DNA of 64,000 nucleotides from a virus: IMG/VR virus record IMGVR_UViG_3300033182_000499, positions 5,833 to 69,832 of that record; one strand, 5' to 3'. Shown piece by piece: positions 28,559 to 37,649 of this stretch (position 1 is its first letter; each line of letters starts with the position of its first letter). The notes under the pieces were generated by a model. It saw only the letters and a program-made list of their open reading frames with translations, ran no database searches and was not told where the DNA came from. The position numbers and the translations under genes were made by a program.

Positions 28559-28860
28559 TACCGAACAATACCAACCAATTGATGTTCGTTGAATAGAATA
28601 TACTTTTCACCACCAAGGTCTAATTCATCGGTGGCTTTTGCCTTCTCATACACGACAGTATCACCGACTTGAACAGTCATTGGTATTCGTTCACCGTTCT
28701 GTGACCATATACCTGTTCCAACAGATACTACTTCACCGTGAACTTTTTGACTCTTTACGATTGAGTCCGAAATGATAATTCCTGATTTTGTTGTTTGTTC
28801 TTGTACTTCAATTGGTTTGACCAATACACGGTCACCTAGTGGTTTGAATTTTCCTTCCAT
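28558..28860 (-). CDS. groES: Co-chaperonin GroES
   Basis: FKPLGDRVLVK, TKSGIII, GEVVSVGTG, VQVGDTV. Confidence 0.95.
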   Translation of the reverse strand: MEGKFKPLGDRVLVKPIEVQEQTTKSGIIISDSIVKSQKVHGEVVSVGTGIWSQNGERIPMTVQVGDTVVYEKAKATDELDLGGEKYILFNEHQLVGIVR

Positions 28861-28862
28861 AA

Positions 28863-29477
28863 TTATAATGTGTTATAGTAACTGTTTTGTTTTTCTTGTC
28901 TGTCAATATTCTTGTGATGGTATAGTGATAGTTCTTCGTATGCGGGTAGTCGTGTAAATAACCTAAACCCTACAATACTTTCGTGTACCTTACTAGTCCA
29001 TTTAATTTGTTTTGAGTTTTTGTATATTCTACTTTGATAGTCAGGAAAGTTTATCCAACCTGATTGGTTTTGTGACCATCTCCATTTTTCTATGTGTTCG
29101 TTTGTAATACCACTAACAGTATTAACTCTTGGTACATAGTATAAGTCAACAGGTTGTTCCTCAATCATAGAGTGTAAGTTTTCCATCAATAACTTATGTG
29201 GTACTTCGTCTGCGTCAATCTGAAAGATGTAATCATTTTTACAAAAGTCTGACAATTTGTTCTTCCATTCTGCAAAGTGTCCTGTGAATGTATCTTTGTA
29301 TACTCTAATACCACTAATGTGTTCTAAGTAAGTCAATACATCATCATCGTCTTTTGACTCATCAAACAAAACAACTATTTCATCTTGTTTTTGTTTATGT
29401 TCTAATAGAAATGGAATGAGTGTTTTAATTTCATCAAGTTCGTCACAAACTGTGACTGCGTAACTAATACTAATCAT
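28863..29477 (-). CDS. Glycosyltransferase family 2
   Basis: ISYAVTVCDE, YIFQIDADE, PDYQSRIY, VHE. Confidence 0.85.
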   Translation of the reverse strand: MISISYAVTVCDELDEIKTLIPFLLEHKQKQDEIVVLFDESKDDDDVLTYLEHISGIRVYKDTFTGHFAEWKNKLSDFCKNDYIFQIDADEVPHKLLMENLHSMIEEQPVDLYYVPRVNTVSGITNEHIEKWRWSQNQSGWINFPDYQSRIYKNSKQIKWTSKVHESIVGFRLFTRLPAYEELSLYHHKNIDRQEKQNSYYNTL

Positions 29478-29986
29478 AATTCGTTTGATTCATTATCGTT
29501 TAACTGTCTTTCGTTTATTTTTCTTTCTTCAAGTAGTTCATTATATGTTTCCACAATGTTATTCTCATCATAAGGAATATACTTAATTGTTGTAATTTTG
29601 TCAAGTCTGAATGTTTTATATGGTCGTTCCCTCATTAATAACTTATCATTCTTTACTTTCGTATTGTAAAACGAAGTTCCTATCCTCACATTTGTTTTTA
29701 ACAAACCTTTCCTTTCGGTGAGTCGTTTATATAAAACTTCAGGGTCTGTTTCTCTATTACTTTCTATAAAGTTTTCTGCAACATTACTAACAATTTTACT
29801 CAAGTCTAAACAATGAAGTAAATTATCAAGCCGTGGATGGAGTACTAATACATCATATTTCTTTATCCCATCACTACCTTTGTATGTAACTTCCACCAAA
29901 GAACCATAATCAACTTTACTTTTGGGTATGTTTCTTCTTTTACTTGTTATGTATTTTTGTCTGAGTAGTTGTTGGAATGAAGCCAT
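29474..29986 (-). CDS. Hypothetical protein
   Basis: 170-aa ORF tiled with its neighbours. Confidence 0.6.
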   Translation of the reverse strand: MASFQQLLRQKYITSKRRNIPKSKVDYGSLVEVTYKGSDGIKKYDVLVLHPRLDNLLHCLDLSKIVSNVAENFIESNRETDPEVLYKRLTERKGLLKTNVRIGTSFYNTKVKNDKLLMRERPYKTFRLDKITTIKYIPYDENNIVETYNELLEERKINERQLNDNESNEL

Positions 29987-31290
29987 TACTCAACCTTCTT
30001 TAACTTTGGTAGATTTGGTAAGTTCAACTGTATTTCTTTTGGAAACTCGGGGATATTACTGTCAATAATCTCTCCAAGTTTTTCAGTCATTTTACTTAGT
30101 GTGAATCGTTTGTTTTTCTTTCTAAGTATTTCCGCGTTTTTCTTATACTTTTTGTAGTTCTTAAACACTTCCTTAAATGCTTTTTTACCGTGGTTGGTGT
30201 CAACATATAACCATTTACTTTCAGGTATAATTACTTTATCCCATACTGCGGATTGATGTACGTTTTGTAATTGACCACCCAACAGGACTGCGTGTTCTTT
30301 GTCCAAGAAGTCCATATGACCACTCCACGCAGTAACAATCAATGGTTTACCCGTCTGTGTAAACTCTAGTAATGGTCTACCAAAACCTTCACCTTTGGTA
30401 AATGAAACCATAGCCTTTACCTTTGGATGGTTATATAAGTTATTCATTTCTTTGTCTGTTAAATCACCGTGTAATAAATAAATATTAGGTGTCTTACCTC
30501 CAACAGAGTTTTTTACCATCTTTATTTTTTCTACCATAGTTTCTCTGTCCAAAACAGAAAAGGTAGCAGATGATGTTTTGAGTATCAACGCGGGTTGGTC
30601 TGATGAAGTCTTGAATGATTCACAAAATGTCTTTATCATTGTAGCCACATCTTTTCTATCGTGTCCAAAATCACCCTTCAACCAATGACCTACGAATAGG
30701 AATGCAAAGTTTTCTTTAACTTTACTCAACTCATCAATCAACATCACATCTTCTACATCGTGTGTCTTGTTGGTAAAGATAGTTTCATCAAAACCTTCAA
30801 ACAATACCTCAATAGGTTTTTGTATTTTAAGTTCTTGGTCTTGTCCTGTATTGTCGTCTTTCATCGTATAGACCGATTGAATAAATGCTTCTCGGGCGTG
30901 GTCGGATGGAACAATATTCATATCCATTCGGTTCATACCTTGTATCCAATCAGATGAAACTGCACTTGTTTCAATCCCCGCAGTTATACCAACATTCCAT
31001 TTACCCAATCGTTGAAACTCATTAGGAACTGTAACTTGAACCCATACATCGGGTTGTTTTGGTAGTTGTAATCTACCGCCCACAAAGTTAGCCATACTTG
31101 ATTCTATCCATTGGTGAAACTCATTGTTTTCATCAAGGGCGTTCATTGGGGTGTTCCCCCACTTCTGTGATACAATCTGTATATCAAACTTGTCTAAATC
31201 TTTAAGTGAACGTAAGATGTCTCGTGCGTGGTCGCCATAACCACTTCTCGTTTTTACAGGAGCAGAATATACTAAAAATGGTTTACTCAT
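29986..31290 (-). CDS. Glycosyltransferase family 4 (GT-B)
   Basis: TRSGYG, FLFVGHW, TKGEGFGRPLLE. Confidence 0.88.
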   Translation of the reverse strand: MSKPFLVYSAPVKTRSGYGDHARDILRSLKDLDKFDIQIVSQKWGNTPMNALDENNEFHQWIESSMANFVGGRLQLPKQPDVWVQVTVPNEFQRLGKWNVGITAGIETSAVSSDWIQGMNRMDMNIVPSDHAREAFIQSVYTMKDDNTGQDQELKIQKPIEVLFEGFDETIFTNKTHDVEDVMLIDELSKVKENFAFLFVGHWLKGDFGHDRKDVATMIKTFCESFKTSSDQPALILKTSSATFSVLDRETMVEKIKMVKNSVGGKTPNIYLLHGDLTDKEMNNLYNHPKVKAMVSFTKGEGFGRPLLEFTQTGKPLIVTAWSGHMDFLDKEHAVLLGGQLQNVHQSAVWDKVIIPESKWLYVDTNHGKKAFKEVFKNYKKYKKNAEILRKKNKRFTLSKMTEKLGEIIDSNIPEFPKEIQLNLPNLPKLKKVE

Positions 31291-32693
31291 ATCTTATTTA
31301 ACTCAAATCGTTTTCTTGGTTCAAAGTTTTCTATTTCTCTTGTCATTGATTCTTTGAAGATGTTACACATATTCTCTGCACTTAACCCACCTTCATTCAT
31401 CAACCATTCACGTCCAACTAAACCTCTACGTTTTCTTTCTTCCCGTCCAAGTTCATATTGTCGTTTAATTGTTTTTGTTACATCGTGATTGTCAACACGG
31501 TCATCGTAAATGTATGGTGTCGGGGGAGAACCTACTAAACTACGTGTTTTCGGCCATATAGGATTAGCCCACACACCCCAAACTATCGCATACTCCCACT
31601 CTCTCCAATCGTGTAGAGAACCAATCTCAACATAATCTTCAGGAGTTAAATAATCACCATCTGTTTTAAAACCACAATGGTCTTGCATACCACCTGTAAC
31701 ATTTACAATAATGGGAGTTCCTGCAGAAATACTTTCTGCGGTACTTAAACCAAATCCTTCGTTAGATGATATTAGTATTGTAGTATCTGCGATATTATAT
31801 AAACAGTTTATTTGTTGTTGTGTTATTTTGTCTGATGAGAATATAACATTTTGTTTGTATTCTGGCATCAAATCTCTAACCACTCTTGGTAAGTCTGTAC
31901 CATTACCGTCAACGGGTGTGGTGTGTAATACTAAATAACAATCATCTCTTTCTTCTTTTGGTAAGTCTAACAAAAAGTCACGGAAAGATATAATGATGTC
32001 GGAAGTCATCTTACGTCTAATGTTTCTCGCATTATAGAACAACACATACTTTGGGTCTTTACCATTGAATAGTTGTTTCTTAAACTCAACCATCAACCCA
32101 TAATCTTCATCTTCCTCTGTAATGGGTCGGTAGATGTCTGTGTCTATTCCGTGTGGTACATAATCCACTTGAGTATCTTTTGGTTGATTCCATTGTGGTT
32201 GTTCGGTAGAACCCCATACTCGTTTTGTAATACCGTATGTTTGTTTAGATATACAACCAATCCAATCACAACTCTCATAGTAATTTCTGTTGTATAGTGG
32301 GTCAGGTAAATCATCCCAAATATGATAGAAAAAGATAGGGATATTTTGTCGTATCTCGTGTTCCATATTATACAACCATATCCATTGTCTTGGGTCGGTG
32401 AAGTGTAGGATTGCGTCAGGTTTTTCGTCATCCAATAACTTTCTTAATACATTTTCATCACCGTACCCACTCCAAGGATAAATCTTTACTGATGCGTCTT
32501 TTATACCTGTTTGTTTTTGTGCATCCTCTGATAAGTCAAATACTTTTCCTTGGTCGGGATGTTTCACTGCGGCTCCTAACTGTACCCAATCAAATGTATC
32601 TACTGAACCTAACACAATGTGTTTTGATACAGTCCCAACACCACTAGGTAATCGTAAATCGTCAGAGAGCAAAAGAATCTTTTTCTTACTCAT
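31287..32693 (-). CDS. Glycosyltransferase family 4 (GT-B)
   Basis: SGVG, VPHGID, RNIRRK, SSNEGFGLSTAESISAGTPII. Confidence 0.9.
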   Translation of the reverse strand: MSKKKILLLSDDLRLPSGVGTVSKHIVLGSVDTFDWVQLGAAVKHPDQGKVFDLSEDAQKQTGIKDASVKIYPWSGYGDENVLRKLLDDEKPDAILHFTDPRQWIWLYNMEHEIRQNIPIFFYHIWDDLPDPLYNRNYYESCDWIGCISKQTYGITKRVWGSTEQPQWNQPKDTQVDYVPHGIDTDIYRPITEEDEDYGLMVEFKKQLFNGKDPKYVLFYNARNIRRKMTSDIIISFRDFLLDLPKEERDDCYLVLHTTPVDGNGTDLPRVVRDLMPEYKQNVIFSSDKITQQQINCLYNIADTTILISSNEGFGLSTAESISAGTPIIVNVTGGMQDHCGFKTDGDYLTPEDYVEIGSLHDWREWEYAIVWGVWANPIWPKTRSLVGSPPTPYIYDDRVDNHDVTKTIKRQYELGREERKRRGLVGREWLMNEGGLSAENMCNIFKESMTREIENFEPRKRFELNKI

Positions 32694-32696
32694 CTA

Positions 32697-32921
32697 CTAT
32701 AACGTTTTATTGTTGTGTTCTTCTTTTAATGTTTCTAACTTGTGAATCATTGCCTTGAACTCTTCATCGTTTTCATACAAGTATAGTGTTCTATTTACTA
32801 GTTTTTGTAAAGTAAACTCTGTGTCAAGACAGTCTTTTCTAAAACTAGAATATAACCCCTTTAATACTTTTACCGATGTCAATTTTAAGTCAACGTTTCT
32901 CATAACCTTTTGTATATACAT
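32697..32921 (-). CDS. Small hypothetical protein, possibly ribbon-helix-helix-like
   Basis: LTSVKV...FTLQKLVNRTLYLY; late motif immediately upstream, so the true start may be the second Met. Confidence 0.55.
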   Translation of the reverse strand: MYIQKVMRNVDLKLTSVKVLKGLYSSFRKDCLDTEFTLQKLVNRTLYLYENDEEFKAMIHKLETLKEEHNNKTL

Positions 32922-32934
32922 ATATATATAAATA

Positions 32935-33861
32935 TCAATTCATAGCGAATTCACACAAGTTTCTTTGGTTAAATTCACAGAATCTACAATTAGACTTTGA
33001 TGGTGTGGGTTCATATCCCTCTGTTCTTCGTTCTCCACTTTCATCAAACACTTTGTCCACAAACTCATTAAAGTCATTGATTGCTCGGTTCATACTCACC
33101 TTCCCATCCGTTGGAATAAACCGTTGTAACCTTCGTGACATAGCAGGCCACTCGGGGTCTTCAGGTATTTTTCGTTTAAGTATGATGTATTCAACATTTA
33201 TTTTGTCCTGTGGAACATTTAACTTTTCACTCAAGTAGTTTTTATACAACAGATTTTGGTTGGTAAGTGATTTATCTTTCTTTTGCCAATCACCCCAACC
33301 TTTTGTTGATGTCTTTAAATCTATGATATAATATCTACCTGTTTTCTTATCTTTTAATAGTATATCAATATAACCAATAAAAGACAAGTTTTCTTTAATA
33401 TTCTCATTGAGTTTCATTTCTATGTCTACCAATTCTACACCCTTTAGTGAAAACCAATCACTTCGGTGTTTCTTTAGGTAGTTGATAATTTCTACGCCAT
33501 CCTCATAGAACTCTACCATATTCTCTTTGGTGATACTATCATCTCGTTTCCAATCAGGTATTTTCTTTACCTCATCATACATACGTTCTTTTAACAGTCT
33601 GTCAGTATCAAAGTCCACAAACTTCTTACCATCTCGTATGATATAATCTCTCACAGGTATACCATTGACTTCTGCGTCTTTGGGTAGTTTTCTTTTGTTA
33701 TACATTACATACAAGTAGGATTGTATAGTGTCGTGCATAGCAGTACCGAAACCGAGATGTATACTTAGTTTATCCTCTGCTATCTTATCAACGTACTTAT
33801 ATTTGTACGACAACGGACATTTCTTCCATAACTTGTATTGTGAATAACTAACTCTTTTCAA
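32935..33861 (-). CDS. RecB/Cas4-like PD-(D/E)XK exonuclease
   Basis: SYSQ...CP, FGTAMH, GYIDIL, IIDLKTS, C-terminal CRFCEF...C. Confidence 0.88.
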   Translation of the reverse strand: MKRVSYSQYKLWKKCPLSYKYKYVDKIAEDKLSIHLGFGTAMHDTIQSYLYVMYNKRKLPKDAEVNGIPVRDYIIRDGKKFVDFDTDRLLKERMYDEVKKIPDWKRDDSITKENMVEFYEDGVEIINYLKKHRSDWFSLKGVELVDIEMKLNENIKENLSFIGYIDILLKDKKTGRYYIIDLKTSTKGWGDWQKKDKSLTNQNLLYKNYLSEKLNVPQDKINVEYIILKRKIPEDPEWPAMSRRLQRFIPTDGKVSMNRAINDFNEFVDKVFDESGERRTEGYEPTPSKSNCRFCEFNQRNLCEFAMN

Positions 33862-34270
33862 AACGTTGTCCGTATAGTTTTTTTATCTGTTTGATTTGTT
33901 TTAACTGTTTGTTTGACTTGAGAGTATCGTAGTATTCAATGGCTTCTCTTTTACTAACCTTTAGATGTTCTGATAGAATATCTATATCTTCGTTACTCTT
34001 ATCTTTCTTTCCTTTGAGATACTTGTTGTATATCTTTTTCTTTGGTACAACCTCTCTCATTACTCGTTCATACATCTCATCAGGTAATTTATAGTTTTGT
34101 ATGTAAGAAACTAATTCAACATAATCTAACTCCATACTAAGAAATCTATTCAACATAAACTGTGAAAATGATTTCTTATCACCTTCCGATAGATTACTCC
34201 AATAGTTCTCTTTTTTGAGATGAGTTAGTTGAGCAAAGTGGTCAGACAGAGATTTACTCTTCTCCATCAT
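33848..34270 (-). CDS. Clamp loader small subunit (T4 gp62-like)
   Basis: FSQFMLNRFLSM, VSKREAIEY; close to the clamp loader ATPase. Confidence 0.65.
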   Translation of the reverse strand: MMEKSKSLSDHFAQLTHLKKENYWSNLSEGDKKSFSQFMLNRFLSMELDYVELVSYIQNYKLPDEMYERVMREVVPKKKIYNKYLKGKKDKSNEDIDILSEHLKVSKREAIEYYDTLKSNKQLKQIKQIKKLYGQRFEKS

Positions 34271-34517
34271 CGTCTACTCTAAAACCTTTAGGTAGTACTT
34301 CTTTGAGTATTGTACCACAGTTTGCACACACAAATACTTCTGCGGGTACGATTTGGTCTTCAGGTGTTCCTGTTAGTAGTTTACTTATCTTCTTAAACAT
34401 CATTGATGGTAGGAATAAGTCTTTGTCACAATTATCACAATTTACATCTTGTAAATCTTCAGGTTTAATGTTTACTTGTGGTTGTCGTCCACCGTTAAGA
34501 TTATGTATCTTAACCAT
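34254..34517 (-). CDS. Zinc-ribbon hypothetical protein
   Basis: CDNC and CANCG pairs. Confidence 0.65.
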   Translation of the reverse strand: MVKIHNLNGGRQPQVNIKPEDLQDVNCDNCDKDLFLPSMMFKKISKLLTGTPEDQIVPAEVFVCANCGTILKEVLPKGFRVDDDGEE

Positions 34518-34720
34518 TACTCTTCCTCATCTTCTATAAGTTCATAGTCAGTAGAATCATAAATAATTTTATCATTCACATAATCCCAATCTAAATCATA
34601 CCTATATTTTTCAAAAAACTCTGCTTCGTTTTCCTTGTAAAGTTTTAGTTGTTCTTCGGTGAGTTCCGCATCTTCAACCAAAACGTCATCGTGATATGTT
34701 ATTTTTCGTAGTTTTGCCAT
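34517..34720 (-). CDS. Acidic hypothetical protein
   Basis: 67-aa ORF with TAATG overlap. Confidence 0.55.
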   Translation of the reverse strand: MAKLRKITYHDDVLVEDAELTEEQLKLYKENEAEFFEKYRYDLDWDYVNDKIIYDSTDYELIEDEEE

Positions 34721-34724
34721 TTGT

Positions 34725-35642
34725 TTATCCTATTATATTTAATATTTGTATTAAACAAGCCATTGCGGTTATTTCTTTGTCAACTGCCATTATAGACTTT
34801 GAGTCAGAGTCTGATATGACTAATATGATTTGTTCCACATTACCTGTTCCGTATTCATCCACTCTTTTGTAAAGTAGTGAGTATAGGTTAGTGTAATCAT
34901 TGGTTCCACTATCTAACATCATTTGTCGTATGGTAGTGAACTTATCTTTTTTACTCATACTACTTTTAAGTGTGTCAATGATTTTGTTTTCTAAATCATT
35001 ACTATTGAGCAGGTCTGAACTAAGTTCTAACGTATCACCAACGACATTGGATTGTAAATCACCCATCACTTTTCGTATGTCAGGGTAATTGGTCTCAATG
35101 ATAGTTTTTAAGTCGTGTGGGTCAAACGATATACCCTCATCTTTTAGTATTTTAGCACACCGTATTGCAATATCTTTCATAGATGGTGGTTCAATCTTAA
35201 ACGTTTGACATCTACTTTGTATAGCGGGTATGACTTTTTCAGGGTAATTACACGTGAGTATAAACCTTGTTCGGTCAGCGAATGTCTCCATCATATTACG
35301 GAGAGCGGCTTGGGATTCGGGAGTCAGGTAATCTGCCTCGTCCAATACCACTACTTTCCATTTACTGAACCCAACGGTGGATGCAAAGTTCTTTATCTTG
35401 TTTCTAATAATATCAATACCACGTTCATCCGACGCGTTGATGTATATGTCATCACAGTCAATATTATTAACGAGTATTTTGGCCATTGTAGTTTTACCTG
35501 TTCCTGCTTTTCCGTGAAACAGTAAATGTGGGATTTCTCCCTTCTCAATGAAACTACCGAATCGTTGTTTCACTGTGTCACTTCCTACATACTCGTCAAG
35601 ATTTTTAGGTCTGAACTTTTCTATCCACAGGTTTATACTCAT
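34725..35642 (-). CDS. Clamp loader AAA+ subunit (RFC small / T4 gp44-like)
   Basis: LWIEKFRP, HGKAGTGKTT, INASDERGID, LDEAD, FILTCNY, IQSRC. Confidence 0.95.
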   Translation of the reverse strand: MSINLWIEKFRPKNLDEYVGSDTVKQRFGSFIEKGEIPHLLFHGKAGTGKTTMAKILVNNIDCDDIYINASDERGIDIIRNKIKNFASTVGFSKWKVVVLDEADYLTPESQAALRNMMETFADRTRFILTCNYPEKVIPAIQSRCQTFKIEPPSMKDIAIRCAKILKDEGISFDPHDLKTIIETNYPDIRKVMGDLQSNVVGDTLELSSDLLNSNDLENKIIDTLKSSMSKKDKFTTIRQMMLDSGTNDYTNLYSLLYKRVDEYGTGNVEQIILVISDSDSKSIMAVDKEITAMACLIQILNIIG

Positions 35643-35643
35643 T

Positions 35644-36339
35644 CTATGTCATCTCCACTAAAAAGTATTCTGTTTCATAATCACCATCAACAAAGTTTAA
35701 TTTAGCCAATCCTTCTGTTGAGATTTTTAGTGATGATGTACTAGCTCCTCTGTTTGCTAGTAATATACCTTTTAGATATTCAGATGAGAAAGAGATTCCA
35801 ACCACATCACCCTCACACGTAGCATCAACGTTCATTGAGATACGGTTAGTATTGATGTTAGAATAGTTTAGTACAATCTTTGACTTACCACCTTTACTCA
35901 TAAAAGTAAATGTATCGGTGTCCGACAACGCACCCTTTGACTTTACAAACTTACTAACAAAGTCATCGTTTAAGGGAATCTCAATAGTAAAGTTAGGTAA
36001 TTGTTTTAAGTCAGGTACAGGTGGAATAACCGATGGAGCAGCCAACATATAATTTACTTCTGTACTGTTGTCTGAAAACACAATGGAACTTTCACCTTCT
36101 GTAATTTCTACATTACTGTCCAAAACACTCAACAATGATTTAAGTTGTGAAGTAGTATAAATACCGAACTCACCATTTGGGAACCCACTATCATTTACTT
36201 TTACTTCACCAAGGAGTGTTTTATCTTCCGAAATCATACGAACTGAAATGTCCGTGTCCGTTGATTTTACCATTACTGATTCTATACTACCACCAAGAGA
36301 GTATCTGTTTATAAAACCATCAAGTTTATTCTTTTCCAT
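35644..36339 (-). CDS. DNA sliding clamp (T4 gp45-like)
   Basis: 231 aa, EFGIY motif, beta-rich; lies between polymerase and clamp loader. Confidence 0.75.
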   Translation of the reverse strand: MEKNKLDGFINRYSLGGSIESVMVKSTDTDISVRMISEDKTLLGEVKVNDSGFPNGEFGIYTTSQLKSLLSVLDSNVEITEGESSIVFSDNSTEVNYMLAAPSVIPPVPDLKQLPNFTIEIPLNDDFVSKFVKSKGALSDTDTFTFMSKGGKSKIVLNYSNINTNRISMNVDATCEGDVVGISFSSEYLKGILLANRGASTSSLKISTEGLAKLNFVDGDYETEYFLVEMT

Positions 36340-36371
36340 TTATAACTATTTTGTATTATTGTTGTGTATTA

Positions 36372-36400
36372 AAATTAGAGATTAAATCAGTAAACATCAA
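36372..36400 (-). promoter_or_regulatory. Possible sigma70-type promoter for the clamp operon
   Basis: TTGATG-N17-TAATTT. Confidence 0.4.
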
Positions 36401-36403
36401 ATA

Positions 36404-36598
36404 TTACTTCTTTTCCCAAAGTAGATGTTTCCAAGTATCACCCTTCACTATTTTTCTGATATTAGTTGTTGATACTTTATAATTTCTTGCAATAACTCGG
36501 ATGTTCCTATGTCCTATACTCCAAAGTGTTCGTATTTGTTGTACGTCTCCACTTGAGAGTTTAGACATTGGGTGTTGTTCTCCTAGTAATTTTGCCAT
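36404..36598 (-). CDS. Small HTH protein resembling the C-terminal DNA-binding part of HNH endonucleases
   Basis: GEQHPMSKLS..DV..IR...IARNYKVS...IRKIVKG..WKH. Confidence 0.65.
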   Translation of the reverse strand: MAKLLGEQHPMSKLSSGDVQQIRTLWSIGHRNIRVIARNYKVSTTNIRKIVKGDTWKHLLWEKK

Positions 36599-37529
36599 TA
36601 GAAACTAAAAAATTGGTTTGCCTTTAAGTTGATGTTCTCAAAACTTTCCCAATCAAGGGCTTCGTAGAAATCAAGTATCTTCTTTCTTAACAGTCTATCA
36701 AACATTTTGTCGTAATCCGCATATGTGGATATAAAATCTATAACCTCTTGTGGGTCATCACTACCTTTGAGTGCCATAATGTCTAGGTTTAGTGGGTTTT
36801 GTTTAAGATACATCCACACAATCTTTTCACCATCGGTGATAGGTGGGATTTTATCTTCTAATCCCATTTCCTTTAAGAAGTTGTTGTAGTAAATGGCCGA
36901 CTTGACGTGAGCAGGTGTACCTTTCTTTACATCACTCAACCCACCTCTAATTGAATATTTCTTTATACCCTTTACACCTGTGGGTTTACCTACTTCCATA
37001 AATGGTCGTTTGGTTAGACTGTCTTTAAAGTCCAATAAATTACTATCCACCACATCTTTCTCAACACCATTGAGTAAGTCCATCAACATACTCTTCATAA
37101 ATGTCTTAAATGCCTTTGGAAAGTCAGACCTAACCACATCTAATCCTTTGTAATCAATATCATCTTTGGTTACACCGTTCTCCCAAATGATTTTCTGTAC
37201 GTATCGTTTCTTGGAAATCCATATACCTCTACGTGCGATATTCTCTTGTTTAATCTCAAACCGATGTGAACCTTGTAGGTTAAACATACGTTTGGCCATT
37301 ACGTCATAACTTTTGTTGATAAAGTTTTGTACTTCTTGTGCTACATCTGCAATCAAAGAACACATAAGTTCTTCATCGTCAACATCAATGTCAGGATTTT
37401 TGGCTCTAATTACAGGTATTGCCGATAAGAATGTAGAGTCGGTTAGGTGTCCGTGTATATAACCCACTCAAACGGATTACTTACACGGACATTAGAGCCT
37501 CCAACTCTTTTAATCTTTTTTATTTTCAT
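36598..37529 (-). CDS. Family B DNA polymerase, C-terminal subunit (motif C and thumb), predicted to need a +5-nt ribosomal hop (about 308 aa)
   Basis: ATG 37529 gives MKIKKIKRVGGSNVRVSNPFEWVIYTDT-stop; ACC(37448-46) TA ACC(37443-41) then GAC TCT resumes DSTFLS...KKRY...KGLDVVRSD. Confidence 0.8.
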
Positions 37530-37647
37530 ATACTTTTATATTATTACAATAATCAATTTCTACAAATTTACAATCAAGTTCTTTCATAATGTTTTCTCTT
37601 CTCAAAACATCTCTTTCACTTAAACTACCATCGTGGTTGAAGTTATG
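37510..37647 (-). pseudogene. C-terminal remnant of a Vsr/DUF559-like homing endonuclease
   Basis: Frame without an N-terminal start: HNFNHDGSLSERDVLRRENIMKELDCKFVEID; lies between the two polymerase halves. Confidence 0.55.
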
Positions 37648-37649
37648 AG

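Noticed and set aside
28558-28860. GroES without GroEL, and PhoH/IMPDH/thioredoxin as novelties
   Set aside because: These are common auxiliary genes in large T4-like phages.
36598-37467. ORF-track start MGYIHGHLTDS for the polymerase C-subunit
   Set aside because: The GTG lies inside the hairpin and the product lacks the YxDT half of motif C.
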